A DNA stretch of 60,105 nucleotides, counting the filler. It is 7 parts of 7 records of this genome, joined end to end, with 100 filler letters (N's around TTAATTAATTAA, not from the genome) between each part and the next. Parts side by side here need not be neighbours in the genome. Positions count along the whole stretch, not along the records: positions 14,674 to 20,732 come from SRR31156797_14642; positions 20,833 to 26,349 come from SRR31156797_14647; positions 26,450 to 32,489 come from SRR31156797_14662; 4 more parts are not named here. The stretch is one strand, 5' to 3'. The notes under the pieces are model-generated. The model saw only the letters and a list, made by a program, of their open reading frames with translations. It did not search any database and was not told where the DNA came from. Of this stretch, positions 18,122 to 28,024 are shown one piece after another (positions within the stretch are counted from its first letter, which is position 1; every line of letters begins with the position of its first letter). The position numbers were made by a program, and so were the translations under genes.

Positions 18122-20683
18122 ATGAAAAATTCTACCTACTCGAAAATCACTACTTCTCTTGCATTTTTTGGGATTCTCACACTTATACTTAATCCGGTAA
18201 ATGCAGCCGAAAATTTTGATTTTAATGCAAGTATAGAGGCACCAACTGCGAAAGCAGCTACCAAAATAAACGGAACCTCGTTTCAGGCAAATTGGTCAGC
18301 CGTTAAAAATGTCGATGGTTATAAGCTTTATGTTTATACTGTGGGCCGATTACAAACTAAAAACTATGTGACTAGTTTTAATCCCAAGTTGGTTACGGGG
18401 GCAGGTACAGATAGTTTTGAAGTAACTGGTTTAAGCATAAATACAACCTACTATTTTGCACTTAAAGCTGTAAACACAAATGGCAAAAGTTCAATTGATT
18501 CAGATTTGTCAAATGTAATATCGGTAAAAACACTTGCTACCGCGCCTAATGCTCCGGTGGCTACTGCTGCAAGTGATATGTGGACTTCATCGTTTAAAGC
18601 CAATTGGGAGCTTTCGGAGGGAGCCACTACTTATGAACTAACTATTATAAACGGTACTCCCGGTGTAATAGGGCAGCATAAAGCAGTGGAAGGCTACGAT
18701 GGAAAAGTAATAAATGAAACCAGTTTTTCATTGCCAGATAGTACTTTGGTAAGCAACGAAGACTACTATTATTATGTGGTTGCTGTGAATGATATTGGTA
18801 AATCAGCCCAGTCGAATAATATTGCTTTAACAACATTAAGCAAAAGTTTTGTGGCCAACGAAGCAACAAATATTACAAGTTCTTCATTTCAAACTAATTG
18901 GGAACCTGTACCAGGTGCTTTGCGTTATAAAATTGTTGTGAGGGACCAAGAAACCAACCAATATTTTGGTTCGAATATATATGTTGAAGGGGGAGAGGCC
19001 AACAATTATACAGTAAGTGGAACAGAACCAAACAGAGATTATTCTTATCAAATAAGAGGAGTTGTGGACAGAGGAATATTTAGTTATTCCAATTGGATTT
19101 TTGTGAAAACTCTTGCCGAAGCACTACCGGCTCCTGAAAATGTTACTACAACAAATATTAAAGACAGTTCGTTTTATGCCAGTTGGGACGCTGTAGGAAA
19201 TACAACAGAATACAAACTTACTGTGTATTATAAAAATGCAGAGGGCGAAAAAGTGTTTTTAAATGATTATAAGCCTAAAGTACTCAATCAAAACTTTACC
19301 GGAACTCATGTAACTGGCCTTACTCCGTCAACTACTTATTATTGGTATGTTCAGGCCGCCAACTCAAGCGGCACATCCGACGAATCTGTTACCGAAACTG
19401 TTACCGCAAAAATGACAGGAACAAGTTCGTTAAGTGTAAGTGATATTACAGCTAATTCATGTCAAATTAATTGGAGTCCGGTTGCAGGAGCTCTTAGTTA
19501 TAATTTATGGGTGCAAGACGAAAATGATAATTATCTACAGGGGGTTGGACCTAAAAGTCTCACTGAAAACTCATTTTTGTTAACAGGTTTGGAACCCAAT
19601 ACTGAATATTATATTGCGGTATCCGTAGTATTTATCTCAGGCGAATCGGTAAGAACCAGTTCGTACAAAATAAGCACTCAAAAGCATACTGTTGTATTGT
19701 CAGCGAGTCCTGATGTTGCAGGTAGTGTGTCTGGTACATATTCGTACGATACTGATAACATGGAAACTATTTACAATGCCCAAGCCACTGCCAACGGAGG
19801 CTATTCTTTTGTGAATTGGACCGAAGATGGAACGGAAGTATCTAACAATGCCAATTATAGTTTTACTGTAAATGAGGACCGAACCTTGGTGGCTAATTTT
19901 ATTTATACTGCACCGCCATCTGCACCCGAAATACATGGAACATCGCAGATAAAAGAAACTTCGTTTTGGGTAGAATGGCGAAGTGTGGAAAATGCAACGG
20001 AATATAAACTAACCGTTTACTCTCTGAATGATTCGGGTGATAAAGTATATGTAGAAGCTTATAATCCAAAGATTACGGAGCAGTTAAATGCCTCTGTTAC
20101 GGGCTTACAACCCAATACAACCTATTACTGGTATGTGCAAGCGGCTAATGCAAATGGCGATTCCGAGAAATCGGCTCTTCAGGGCGTAAAAACATCAATG
20201 GCCGGAGTGGAGACTGGAGTACTTAGTTTATCGGCAACTCCCGTCGAAGGTGGAACCGTAAATGGCGCAGGAACATTTAATCTCGAAAGCTCGGTTAGTG
20301 TGCAAGCCGCTGCAAATGAGGATTATGCTTTTGTAAACTGGACCGAAGGAGGAACTGAGGTTTCTACCGAAGCGACTTATACTTTTACTTTAAACGCTGA
20401 CAAAAGCCTGGTAGCACATTTCCGATTAACAACAGCTATTGCAGATAAAGTACTTAAGCAATTACACGTTTGGCCAAATCCCATGACAAATACATTGAAT
20501 ATTTCTGAAATACCAAGTAAAGCATCGCTCCAAATAAGTTCTTTGCTGGGGCAGCTTGTGTTTCAAAAAGAACACTGCAATACAAGCGAATCTATAAACA
20601 TACAAGACCTGAAAAACGGTATTTATATTTTAAGGATCGAAAATGAAGAGATTCGTTTTTCAAAAAAGATTATAAAAAGATAA
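18122..20683 (+). CDS. T9SS type-A cargo surface protein with six FN3 repeats and two InlB-B-like repeats
   Basis: Signal peptide. FN3 motifs (SFQANW...TGLxxNTTYY..V.A.N). Two FVNWTE.GTEVS..A.Y.FT.N.D..LVA.F repeats. C-terminal sorting domain VWPNP...LKNGIYILRI...KKIIKR. Confidence 0.9.
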   Translation: MKNSTYSKITTSLAFFGILTLILNPVNAAENFDFNASIEAPTAKAATKINGTSFQANWSAVKNVDGYKLYVYTVGRLQTKNYVTSFNPKLVTGAGTDSFEVTGLSINTTYYFALKAVNTNGKSSIDSDLSNVISVKTLATAPNAPVATAASDMWTSSFKANWELSEGATTYELTIINGTPGVIGQHKAVEGYDGKVINETSFSLPDSTLVSNEDYYYYVVAVNDIGKSAQSNNIALTTLSKSFVANEATNITSSSFQTNWEPVPGALRYKIVVRDQETNQYFGSNIYVEGGEANNYTVSGTEPNRDYSYQIRGVVDRGIFSYSNWIFVKTLAEALPAPENVTTTNIKDSSFYASWDAVGNTTEYKLTVYYKNAEGEKVFLNDYKPKVLNQNFTGTHVTGLTPSTTYYWYVQAANSSGTSDESVTETVTAKMTGTSSLSVSDITANSCQINWSPVAGALSYNLWVQDENDNYLQGVGPKSLTENSFLLTGLEPNTEYYIAVSVVFISGESVRTSSYKISTQKHTVVLSASPDVAGSVSGTYSYDTDNMETIYNAQATANGGYSFVNWTEDGTEVSNNANYSFTVNEDRTLVANFIYTAPPSAPEIHGTSQIKETSFWVEWRSVENATEYKLTVYSLNDSGDKVYVEAYNPKITEQLNASVTGLQPNTTYYWYVQAANANGDSEKSALQGVKTSMAGVETGVLSLSATPVEGGTVNGAGTFNLESSVSVQAAANEDYAFVNWTEGGTEVSTEATYTFTLNADKSLVAHFRLTTAIADKVLKQLHVWPNPMTNTLNISEIPSKASLQISSLLGQLVFQKEHCNTSESINIQDLKNGIYILRIENEEIRFSKKIIKR

Positions 20684-20732
20684 TTGATTATCCGAAATAT
20701 TACCAGTGTGCAAATTGATTATTCCTGACTAC

Positions 20733-20832
20733 NNNNNNNNNNNNNNNNNNNNNNNNNNNNNNNNNNNNNNNNNNNNTTAATTAATTAANNNNNNNNNNNN
20801 NNNNNNNNNNNNNNNNNNNNNNNNNNNNNNNN
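20733..20832. other. Artificial contig spacer
   Basis: N44-TTAATTAATTAA-N44. Confidence 0.98.
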
Positions 20833-20865
20833 TATTTCACCATTTGAGATAGAAACTCATGATAA

Positions 20866-21963
20866 TTAATTTGCTTTATTTAGTAAAAGATTTTCATAGC
20901 TACTGTGAATTTTTTCCCAAGTAAAGTTATTCCGGATTTGTTCATGGCTTCCGGCTTTCATTTCAAGGATGAGATCGTCGTCCTCTAAAAGTAGATCAAG
21001 TTCCTGAACGCAGTCATCCTCATTACTAAAATATCGTGACGCTTCTCCTGCAACCCAGCGATTGAATTTGTTGTCATGGGCCAGGATTGCAGATTTTGCA
21101 CCAAGGGCTTCGACCAGGGAGGGATTTGTACCGCCAACGGTGTGACCATGAATATAAAGGCGGGCAAAGAATCTTAATGCCTGAACGATCTTCTGATCAT
21201 AGATGGCACCAACGAACTTGACCTCATCTGCGGCGGCATCCATTACAAGCTGATGGTATGCATTTTTTTCAGGAGTATAGTCTCCTAAGACGACTAAAGC
21301 CAAGTCCCTTTTTTTTCTGGAAAAAGCCTTTACAGCTTCAAGTATGGAATTTTCAGGTTCAGGCCGGGCAATGATAATGGCATATTTATTTTTTTGAAGC
21401 CCGAATTGATCCAATACGTTTGAATCGGCAAAATCTATTATATCAGCGCTATATGGAATAACCGTTACCTTGTGATTCGAAACAAAATGTGTCAGGTGTT
21501 TTTTAATTTCGGGATGATCCGCCACCAGGTGGTTGCCAAGCCAAGCACCGGCTTTTTCATTTAAATAAAGCCATGCACGCTCCAAAGGGCTCCATTTCCC
21601 CCTGCGCCACTCGACCCCGTCCATGTTGATAATATTCTTGATTCCTTTTAACCGATAAAATAAACAAAAAACTGCGGTGTTGTATCCAAGCGTAAGCACC
21701 GGCGCTCTTCTATCTGCCGCAAGCAACGTTGATTTCCAGTCAAAAATCATAGTTCCTTTGGCGCCCTCAGTAGCAACAGGAATGTGAACCAAGTTCACAC
21801 CTCTCCAGGAATCCTCATAGACTGGCCCGTTTCCTTCCTCTTGGCAATAAACGGTCACGTCCCAGCTTTTTTTAACCAGATACAGGGCAAAATATTCTGC
21901 AAATGTTTCAAACCCACCGTGTTGAGCAGGAATTCCACGAGTGCCTAAAATTTGAATTTTCAT
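20866..21963 (-). CDS. GT4 glycosyltransferase with DUF1972-type N-terminus
   Basis: ILGTRGIPAQHGGFETF, NMDGVEW.R.KW, RPEPEN, HGHTVGGTNPSLVEAL. Confidence 0.9.
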   Translation of the reverse strand: MKIQILGTRGIPAQHGGFETFAEYFALYLVKKSWDVTVYCQEEGNGPVYEDSWRGVNLVHIPVATEGAKGTMIFDWKSTLLAADRRAPVLTLGYNTAVFCLFYRLKGIKNIINMDGVEWRRGKWSPLERAWLYLNEKAGAWLGNHLVADHPEIKKHLTHFVSNHKVTVIPYSADIIDFADSNVLDQFGLQKNKYAIIIARPEPENSILEAVKAFSRKKRDLALVVLGDYTPEKNAYHQLVMDAAADEVKFVGAIYDQKIVQALRFFARLYIHGHTVGGTNPSLVEALGAKSAILAHDNKFNRWVAGEASRYFSNEDDCVQELDLLLEDDDLILEMKAGSHEQIRNNFTWEKIHSSYENLLLNKAN

Positions 21964-21982
21964 TAAACCACTCCCTTGTTAT

Positions 21983-23206
21983 CTATGAAGCTGGGTGAGC
22001 AAGTTTAGCGTACACTTCTGTGATGGTTTCAAAATGTTTATTTTTAGAATAGGTGCTCTCTATTTTTTGACGAGCAGCAGCCCCCATTTCGGTCAGCACT
22101 TGCTGGTTATTTAATAAAAAATTTATTTTTTTCGCCAAATCTGTTGAATCTTTTGGCTGGAAGATCAACCCATCTTTCCCGTCAGTTATATTTTCAGGTA
22201 TCCCACCTATATTTGCGCCAATAACAGGCTTACCAAATGCAAAATTTTCAAGAAGAGAAATGGGACCATTCTCATACCATTCAGAAGGCATCACTGAAAA
22301 CATTGAATCGGCAATATACTGTTTTAGCGCATCGCCAGACTGAAACCCCACCATTTCCACATTTGAAAGATGTCTAAGCGCTATCTGGTTTTTAATTTCA
22401 CTTTCCAGTGGCCCGGTGCCAATAACAATCAACTTTCCTTTCGGCACCTGTTCCATGGCTTTAACCAGAGTTAACACGCCCTTCTCCTCTGAGAGCCGCC
22501 CAAGGTAGATGAAATATCCCTGGTTTTCATAATTCGGAATAAATTGTTCTTCATCTATAAAATTGGGAATATGAATGACTTTTTCGGCAGGGAATTCCCA
22601 TTCCACAAGTTTAGTTCGATAAAAGCTGCTTGGTGTAATGATCAGATCAATTAGGTCATAGTACTTTCGCCAATAATGAAAATACATCTCAACCACATTT
22701 ATAAAGCTTTTCAAATAGGACGCTTTTACACATTTCTTTGTCAGGCAGTTATAAAATCGATGTCCCTTGCAAGCCTCACATACAACACCATGTGTCAGCA
22801 TTTTATAATTAGGGCAAATACTTTTTAGGTCATGGGCTGTATATAAAACGGGGATATTTCGTTTTTTGATTTCAGGTAAAATTGATGCTGACAACTGGTG
22901 CTGAAAAATATGAAGGTGGACAAGATCCGGTCTGAATTGATCAAGTATCTGCGCTATTTTTTTTTTTGCCTCCAGCGAGTAGATTATTTTTCCCGCTGAT
23001 TTTATTTTTTCAACCGTACTTGTGGTTTCATAATCTACAGCAGAAACAAAAAATTTACTCCAGGGGCTTTTATGATTTTTATCATCATGCATGGCAAATT
23101 CAGCTACTGAATAACCGTTTTTTTTTAAACCGTCGATCAGCGAGAAAAGATAGGTCTCGCTTCCGCCTTTTAAATAAAAAAATTTATTAATCTGGAGTAC
23201 TTTCAT
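21983..23206 (-). CDS. GT4 glycosyltransferase
   Basis: KFFYLKGGSE, TAHDLKSICP, GRLSEEKG, PSEWYENGP..LLE..GKPVIG..IGGIPE. Confidence 0.92.
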   Translation of the reverse strand: MKVLQINKFFYLKGGSETYLFSLIDGLKKNGYSVAEFAMHDDKNHKSPWSKFFVSAVDYETTSTVEKIKSAGKIIYSLEAKKKIAQILDQFRPDLVHLHIFQHQLSASILPEIKKRNIPVLYTAHDLKSICPNYKMLTHGVVCEACKGHRFYNCLTKKCVKASYLKSFINVVEMYFHYWRKYYDLIDLIITPSSFYRTKLVEWEFPAEKVIHIPNFIDEEQFIPNYENQGYFIYLGRLSEEKGVLTLVKAMEQVPKGKLIVIGTGPLESEIKNQIALRHLSNVEMVGFQSGDALKQYIADSMFSVMPSEWYENGPISLLENFAFGKPVIGANIGGIPENITDGKDGLIFQPKDSTDLAKKINFLLNNQQVLTEMGAAARQKIESTYSKNKHFETITEVYAKLAHPAS

Positions 23207-23222
23207 AATTTATTCAACGATC

Positions 23223-24266
23223 TTATTGAAGCCTCTTTTTTAAAGCAGATACTATATTTTTCATTCTGTTAAGATTCAGTAAAAGAGCTATTGACAGCTG
23301 AACGGGAAAGATAACGGCACTTCCAAACAACTTAAGACGGCTGGGCTTAACTTCTGCCCTGGCATAGCCCAGATTATCCATTAAGGTTCCGTTTATTCTC
23401 TGGCACCAAAACACCTCGCTGTCGGACAAGGCGTTTTTACTCCGCCACGCCTCAGTCCGACCGAGATTTATACCCTTGCGGCCCCTCTGATCCTTCCCGC
23501 TTGACGAACCGACCTGAGGTATGTCAAGCATGGATTTTTCAAAGGGAATCTTTAAAAATTCACATATGCTGTTAACAATGGCCTGCGGATCGTTTAACAG
23601 CTCCTCGAAAAAAACCGTCAGAACACTGGAATGATCTTTAAACCTGAGAGAGGACTTTATTGATGAGTTCCAAATTTTACTTATGGTAATTGGGTGATAA
23701 TTGATTCTTGCCCGGAATGCCTCTTTCAAAGGGATATTGCCTGCCCCCAGAAATCTCCGGCGCCACTTCTGTTTCTGACTCAGAAGTACATCCCGGGGAT
23801 CTCTGACCATATTTATGAATCTGGCATCAGGATATAACTTTAATATTTCTTCGATATAAAAAATGTTTCTCGGAGTCTGGTCACATGCCCTTTGCTTGCC
23901 GTTTTTTTGGGCCTCGTATTGAAGAAAAAAACGAAACACCTCAGAGGCCCTCATTGTATTGGCTCCGGCCAGTTCAATAGCTTGGGCCGCTTCCTGTTCA
24001 AATGCCCGGGGATTACGCTGAGCCAGGTAGCCCTCCCGCTGAACGGACAGCAGGTTAGCAAAAAGAACGACTGTTGAGTCATAAGACAATTTTTCGATCT
24101 CATTGTCCTCGGACCACAGCTGTTCAAAAAAATGAATCTCATGAAAGGTAAAAACATTGTTGGAACCGCCAAGAATTCTTCCCATCATTGTGGTACCGCT
24201 GCGACTGTTACCTACCACAAAGATGGGCTGAAACAAAAGGTTTTCATTTCCCATGTGAGTATCCAT
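23223..24266 (-). CDS. PAPS-dependent sulfotransferase (Sulfotransfer_3-like)
   Basis: 5'-PSB motif IFVVGNSRSGTT, 3'-PB motif RDPRDVLLS, FEELL..P...ICEFL. Confidence 0.88.
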   Translation of the reverse strand: MDTHMGNENLLFQPIFVVGNSRSGTTMMGRILGGSNNVFTFHEIHFFEQLWSEDNEIEKLSYDSTVVLFANLLSVQREGYLAQRNPRAFEQEAAQAIELAGANTMRASEVFRFFLQYEAQKNGKQRACDQTPRNIFYIEEILKLYPDARFINMVRDPRDVLLSQKQKWRRRFLGAGNIPLKEAFRARINYHPITISKIWNSSIKSSLRFKDHSSVLTVFFEELLNDPQAIVNSICEFLKIPFEKSMLDIPQVGSSSGKDQRGRKGINLGRTEAWRSKNALSDSEVFWCQRINGTLMDNLGYARAEVKPSRLKLFGSAVIFPVQLSIALLLNLNRMKNIVSALKKRLQ

Positions 24267-24269
24267 TCT

Positions 24270-25307
24270 CTAATATCCAAGTGCTCTGCTGGTATCTTCA
24301 ACCAATTTTGTCAAACAGGGATGAATTCCCATCTGAGGGTGCGGCCGAACTGGAGAAACAACTTTCTTGGCATAATTGAAAACCGCTGAATCATGGCTGA
24401 GTCCGCAGAAACCCAGAATGCGCTGAAGCTCCTTTTTAGGATGCGTAGTTAAATCTTCAAACTTCACCTTGAGAAAACACTCGGGATTCAATCTCATTTG
24501 CGTTAGACCCTCTTCCATGGTGACGATCCATTCTACCATTGCCATATCAATATGATTCTGCAACCCCTTGATTATATCAACAATAGCCCCCCACCTCTTC
24601 TCGCCCGCAACAATCTGGTCGATCAGCAAGCACCATTTTCTGTTATTGACCCCCCACCAGTCATGCACTTCACCTGATTTCTCCGTTCCGAGTCTCTCGG
24701 ACCACCTCTTTATGGAATAACAGGTATCCCATCCATTCCGGACAAGAAAAATAAATTTAGCATCTGGGAAAATCTGCTTCACAAATGGTACCCGAAAAAC
24801 AAGTTCAGGATATTTATCTAAAACACGCCGGCTTCCGACAGCCGTAAGATAAGCTCCGTAAATTCTGTGGGCAGTTTCGACCACTTCGGCCGTTACATCC
24901 CCTTCCCCCAGTCGAAAGAATCCCTCAGTATCGCTATAACTTCCGATTACATCTTCCCCTGGATGTATAGCATGCCAAAGGGCCTTGGGCTCGTTTAGGA
25001 AACCGACATCCCGGTGCATGGACAATAAAACCCCAAGGATTGTTGTGCCGCTTCGTCCCGTTCCCACGATAAAAACAGGCTGCTGGACCTTTTTTAGTTG
25101 GGGTAACTTTTTTATAAGCTCAAATTGTCCAAAAATCAAAGGATTGATCCACTGGCCTTTTGTTGTAACCGGCCGCCCCTCAAAAAAAGTGTAGCTCAAA
25201 ATCCTGGGTAGAATTTTTCCCGGTCTGGTTTTTACATAATCTATGTCAACTTGAGCTGGCATTCCAAAGCCTCTTTTTTTGTAAACTTCATAAAGTAAAT
25301 TCAACAT
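24270..25307 (-). CDS. PAPS-dependent sulfotransferase (Sulfotransfer_3-like)
   Basis: PVFIVGTGRSGTT, DKYP, FPDAKFIFLVRNGWD..S, KFEDL..P...ILGFCGL. Confidence 0.88.
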   Translation of the reverse strand: MLNLLYEVYKKRGFGMPAQVDIDYVKTRPGKILPRILSYTFFEGRPVTTKGQWINPLIFGQFELIKKLPQLKKVQQPVFIVGTGRSGTTILGVLLSMHRDVGFLNEPKALWHAIHPGEDVIGSYSDTEGFFRLGEGDVTAEVVETAHRIYGAYLTAVGSRRVLDKYPELVFRVPFVKQIFPDAKFIFLVRNGWDTCYSIKRWSERLGTEKSGEVHDWWGVNNRKWCLLIDQIVAGEKRWGAIVDIIKGLQNHIDMAMVEWIVTMEEGLTQMRLNPECFLKVKFEDLTTHPKKELQRILGFCGLSHDSAVFNYAKKVVSPVRPHPQMGIHPCLTKLVEDTSRALGY

Positions 25308-25337
25308 TGCAGATGAGATAACAATTCACCGCCCAGA

Positions 25338-26349
25338 TCAATCCAGCAACACCTTCAATTTTTCTTCAACCATATCAGCGATGATAGAATAAGAACGGTT
25401 TGACTCAACATACTGCCTGGCCCGCTTCCCCATTTTTGCAACCAGTTCTTTATCATTCAGTAAAAAGAACATTGCCTCGGCAAAATCATTTTCATCATAG
25501 TTCACGCAAATGCCGGCGCCACTTTCATCAAGGATCTGGGATTGTTCAGGATGGTCATTTGCAACGGTTGCTTTACCCATTGCCATATATTCAATCAATT
25601 TTGTCGGTGATGTTGAGTTCAGGATAAAACTTGGATAATAAACAGAAACACATATTGCTGCCCGCCTGACATATTCAAGCATTTGTGAAAAAGGAACAAA
25701 ACCGGTAAAAACAACAGATTCATCCAAGCCTAATCGCGAAACCTCCCTTTCCAAAAATATTTCATCTTCCCGGGTTTTCCCGGCACCCACCATAATAAGT
25801 TTAGCATTCTCAATTCTCTTTTTCAGTATGGCAAATGAACGGATAATAAAATCAAGCCGCCTGACTTTAAAAAAAACTCCGGTGTACACAATCAAAGGCT
25901 CGAATTCTTTTGGGCTAAATTCCTTAAAAGCCGCCACACTTTCTAAATCTATCCCCATGGGTACCGGAGTCATTTTGCCTTTTGGAATACCATATTCACA
26001 AATATCATTTTTCATTTGCTCGCTTTGAACAAATACATGCCCAGCGTTGGGAATTATGACTTTGTAAAGTAAAAATGAAAGTATCCTGCCTCTTACCAGC
26101 GACAAGTAAGGGAATTGGACTGTTCTTTCTTGCCACTCGTGCAAAAAAGACTCGGGAAAAGGATAGGAAAGCCAATACATCCAAGGAATCCCAATGAGTT
26201 TATTTACCAGAATGGCAAGAAAAGCTGCGAAAAACTTATCCTTTACCAAAATAAAATCATATTGATTTTTCCGCACCAGCCAAACCAACTTCAGATCATT
26301 AATAGGTCCTGAAAAGGATTTATATAATTTGCTAATAATACCAGGCCTG
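25338..26349 (-). CDS. GT4 glycosyltransferase, 5' truncated by the contig end
   Basis: Frame is open to the spacer (RPGIISKLYKSFSGPINDLKLVW...). SPTKLIEYMAMGK motif. Confidence 0.88.
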
Positions 26350-26449
26350 NNNNNNNNNNNNNNNNNNNNNNNNNNNNNNNNNNNNNNNNNNNNTTAATTA
26401 ATTAANNNNNNNNNNNNNNNNNNNNNNNNNNNNNNNNNNNNNNNNNNNN
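26350..26449. other. Artificial contig spacer
   Basis: N44-TTAATTAATTAA-N44. Confidence 0.98.
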
Positions 26450-26509
26450 AAACCAAAATTCAAACAAGCGAAACTTAAGTTAAAGGGGTTCTGTTTGAAA
26501 TTATAAAAA

Positions 26510-28024
26510 ATGACCAAAGAGCATACCGTATATAAAATTTGGTTTGATGAAATGGCCGATGCAGCATTTGTTTATAAGCAAAGTGGTAAAATTGTTGCTG
26601 TAAACAACAGGGCGTGCCATATTCTTGGATATCAGGAAGAAGAAGTGTTAGCAAAGAAGATGACTGATATTGATCCTGGATCTGTTGTGTCTGGAATCTT
26701 TGGTACGGGAAATCATTCTTCAAAGATATTTTGGCCGCATTTAAGCAGGCGACTTTTAGAAAGAAAAGATGGATACTCTGAGCCAGTTGAAGTTCGGGTA
26801 AACCCTTTAAAAAAGCAGAAAGACACGTTCATCGCCATCGTTCGAAATGTAACAAAGAAGATATCACTCGAAAGCCAATTGCAGCAGGCACAAAAAATGG
26901 AAGCTATTGGCGCTTTGGCTGGTGGTATTGCCCACGAGTTTAATAATATATTAGCTGCGATACTTGGCTATGGTCAGATTGTTAGGGGGCAATTACCAAA
27001 GGATTCACCCATCCGTAACGATGTGGATCAAATATTAAACGGTGGAATACGAGCAACGGATCTGGTTAAACAAATTCTCACTCTTAGTAGACAGGAAAAA
27101 GAAGAGTTTCAATCCATTTATATTCAGTATCTTATAAAAGAATCTCTTAAATTACTCCGGGCATCTTTACCTGCCACAATAGATTTGAAACAAGACATTT
27201 ATATGAAATGTTTTAAAATTCATGCCGATACCAGTCAGGTGCATCAAGTGGTGATGAACCTGTGTACCAATGCAAAACACGCGATTGGTGACAAATCTGG
27301 AACTATGTATGTCGGACTTGAAAATGTTGAAGTTGGAAATCCCGAAGATATTCTCGGCATTCCATTGGTTAAGCCTGGGAAGTATGTGGTTTTAACGGTT
27401 CGTGACACAGGCTCTGGTATGGATGAAGAGACTCAAGCCAGAGCCTTTGAACCATTTTTTTCAACAAAGGATAAGGATACTGGCACAGGGTTAGGTTTGG
27501 CAATTGTTCATGGGATTGTTAAAAAGCATAGTGGTGATATAACAGTCATTAGCTCACCTAAATCAGGTACGACATTTAAAGTATACTTTCCAGCAATAGA
27601 TTACAAAGAAACTACGCGGACAGCGAAAGAAATGGTAGCCCCGGCCCAGAAGGGTGATGAAAAAATAATGATTGTTGATGATGAGGCAGCTGTACTCATT
27701 ACTTTGAAGCGTAGGCTTGAGCAATATGGGTATCGTATCACAACTTTTGGCAGTAGCTTGGAAGCGGTTTCTGTGTTCAGAGAAAATCCGGATAAGTTTG
27801 ATATTATTATCACTGATATGACGATGCCTGAAATGACGGGTTTTGAACTTGCTCGAGAAATGATGTCATTACGATCTGATTTACCTGTATTGTTAATGAG
27901 TGGTGGTGGAGATGGAATAGATCGTGAAAAAGGGAAAAAGATAGGGATTCGAGGTCTTTTAATGAAACCATTTTCTCATCGTGAATTGACTGGAATGGTT
28001 AGGAAGGTGCTTGATAATGGCTGA
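26510..28024 (+). CDS. Cytoplasmic PAS hybrid histidine kinase (PAS-HisKA-HATPase-REC)
   Basis: PAS (VNNRAC.ILGY), AGGIAHEFNN, NLCTNA, DTGSGM, GTGLGL, C-terminal REC (IVDDE...ITDMTMP). Confidence 0.93.
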   Translation: MTKEHTVYKIWFDEMADAAFVYKQSGKIVAVNNRACHILGYQEEEVLAKKMTDIDPGSVVSGIFGTGNHSSKIFWPHLSRRLLERKDGYSEPVEVRVNPLKKQKDTFIAIVRNVTKKISLESQLQQAQKMEAIGALAGGIAHEFNNILAAILGYGQIVRGQLPKDSPIRNDVDQILNGGIRATDLVKQILTLSRQEKEEFQSIYIQYLIKESLKLLRASLPATIDLKQDIYMKCFKIHADTSQVHQVVMNLCTNAKHAIGDKSGTMYVGLENVEVGNPEDILGIPLVKPGKYVVLTVRDTGSGMDEETQARAFEPFFSTKDKDTGTGLGLAIVHGIVKKHSGDITVISSPKSGTTFKVYFPAIDYKETTRTAKEMVAPAQKGDEKIMIVDDEAAVLITLKRRLEQYGYRITTFGSSLEAVSVFRENPDKFDIIITDMTMPEMTGFELAREMMSLRSDLPVLLMSGGGDGIDREKGKKIGIRGLLMKPFSHRELTGMVRKVLDNG

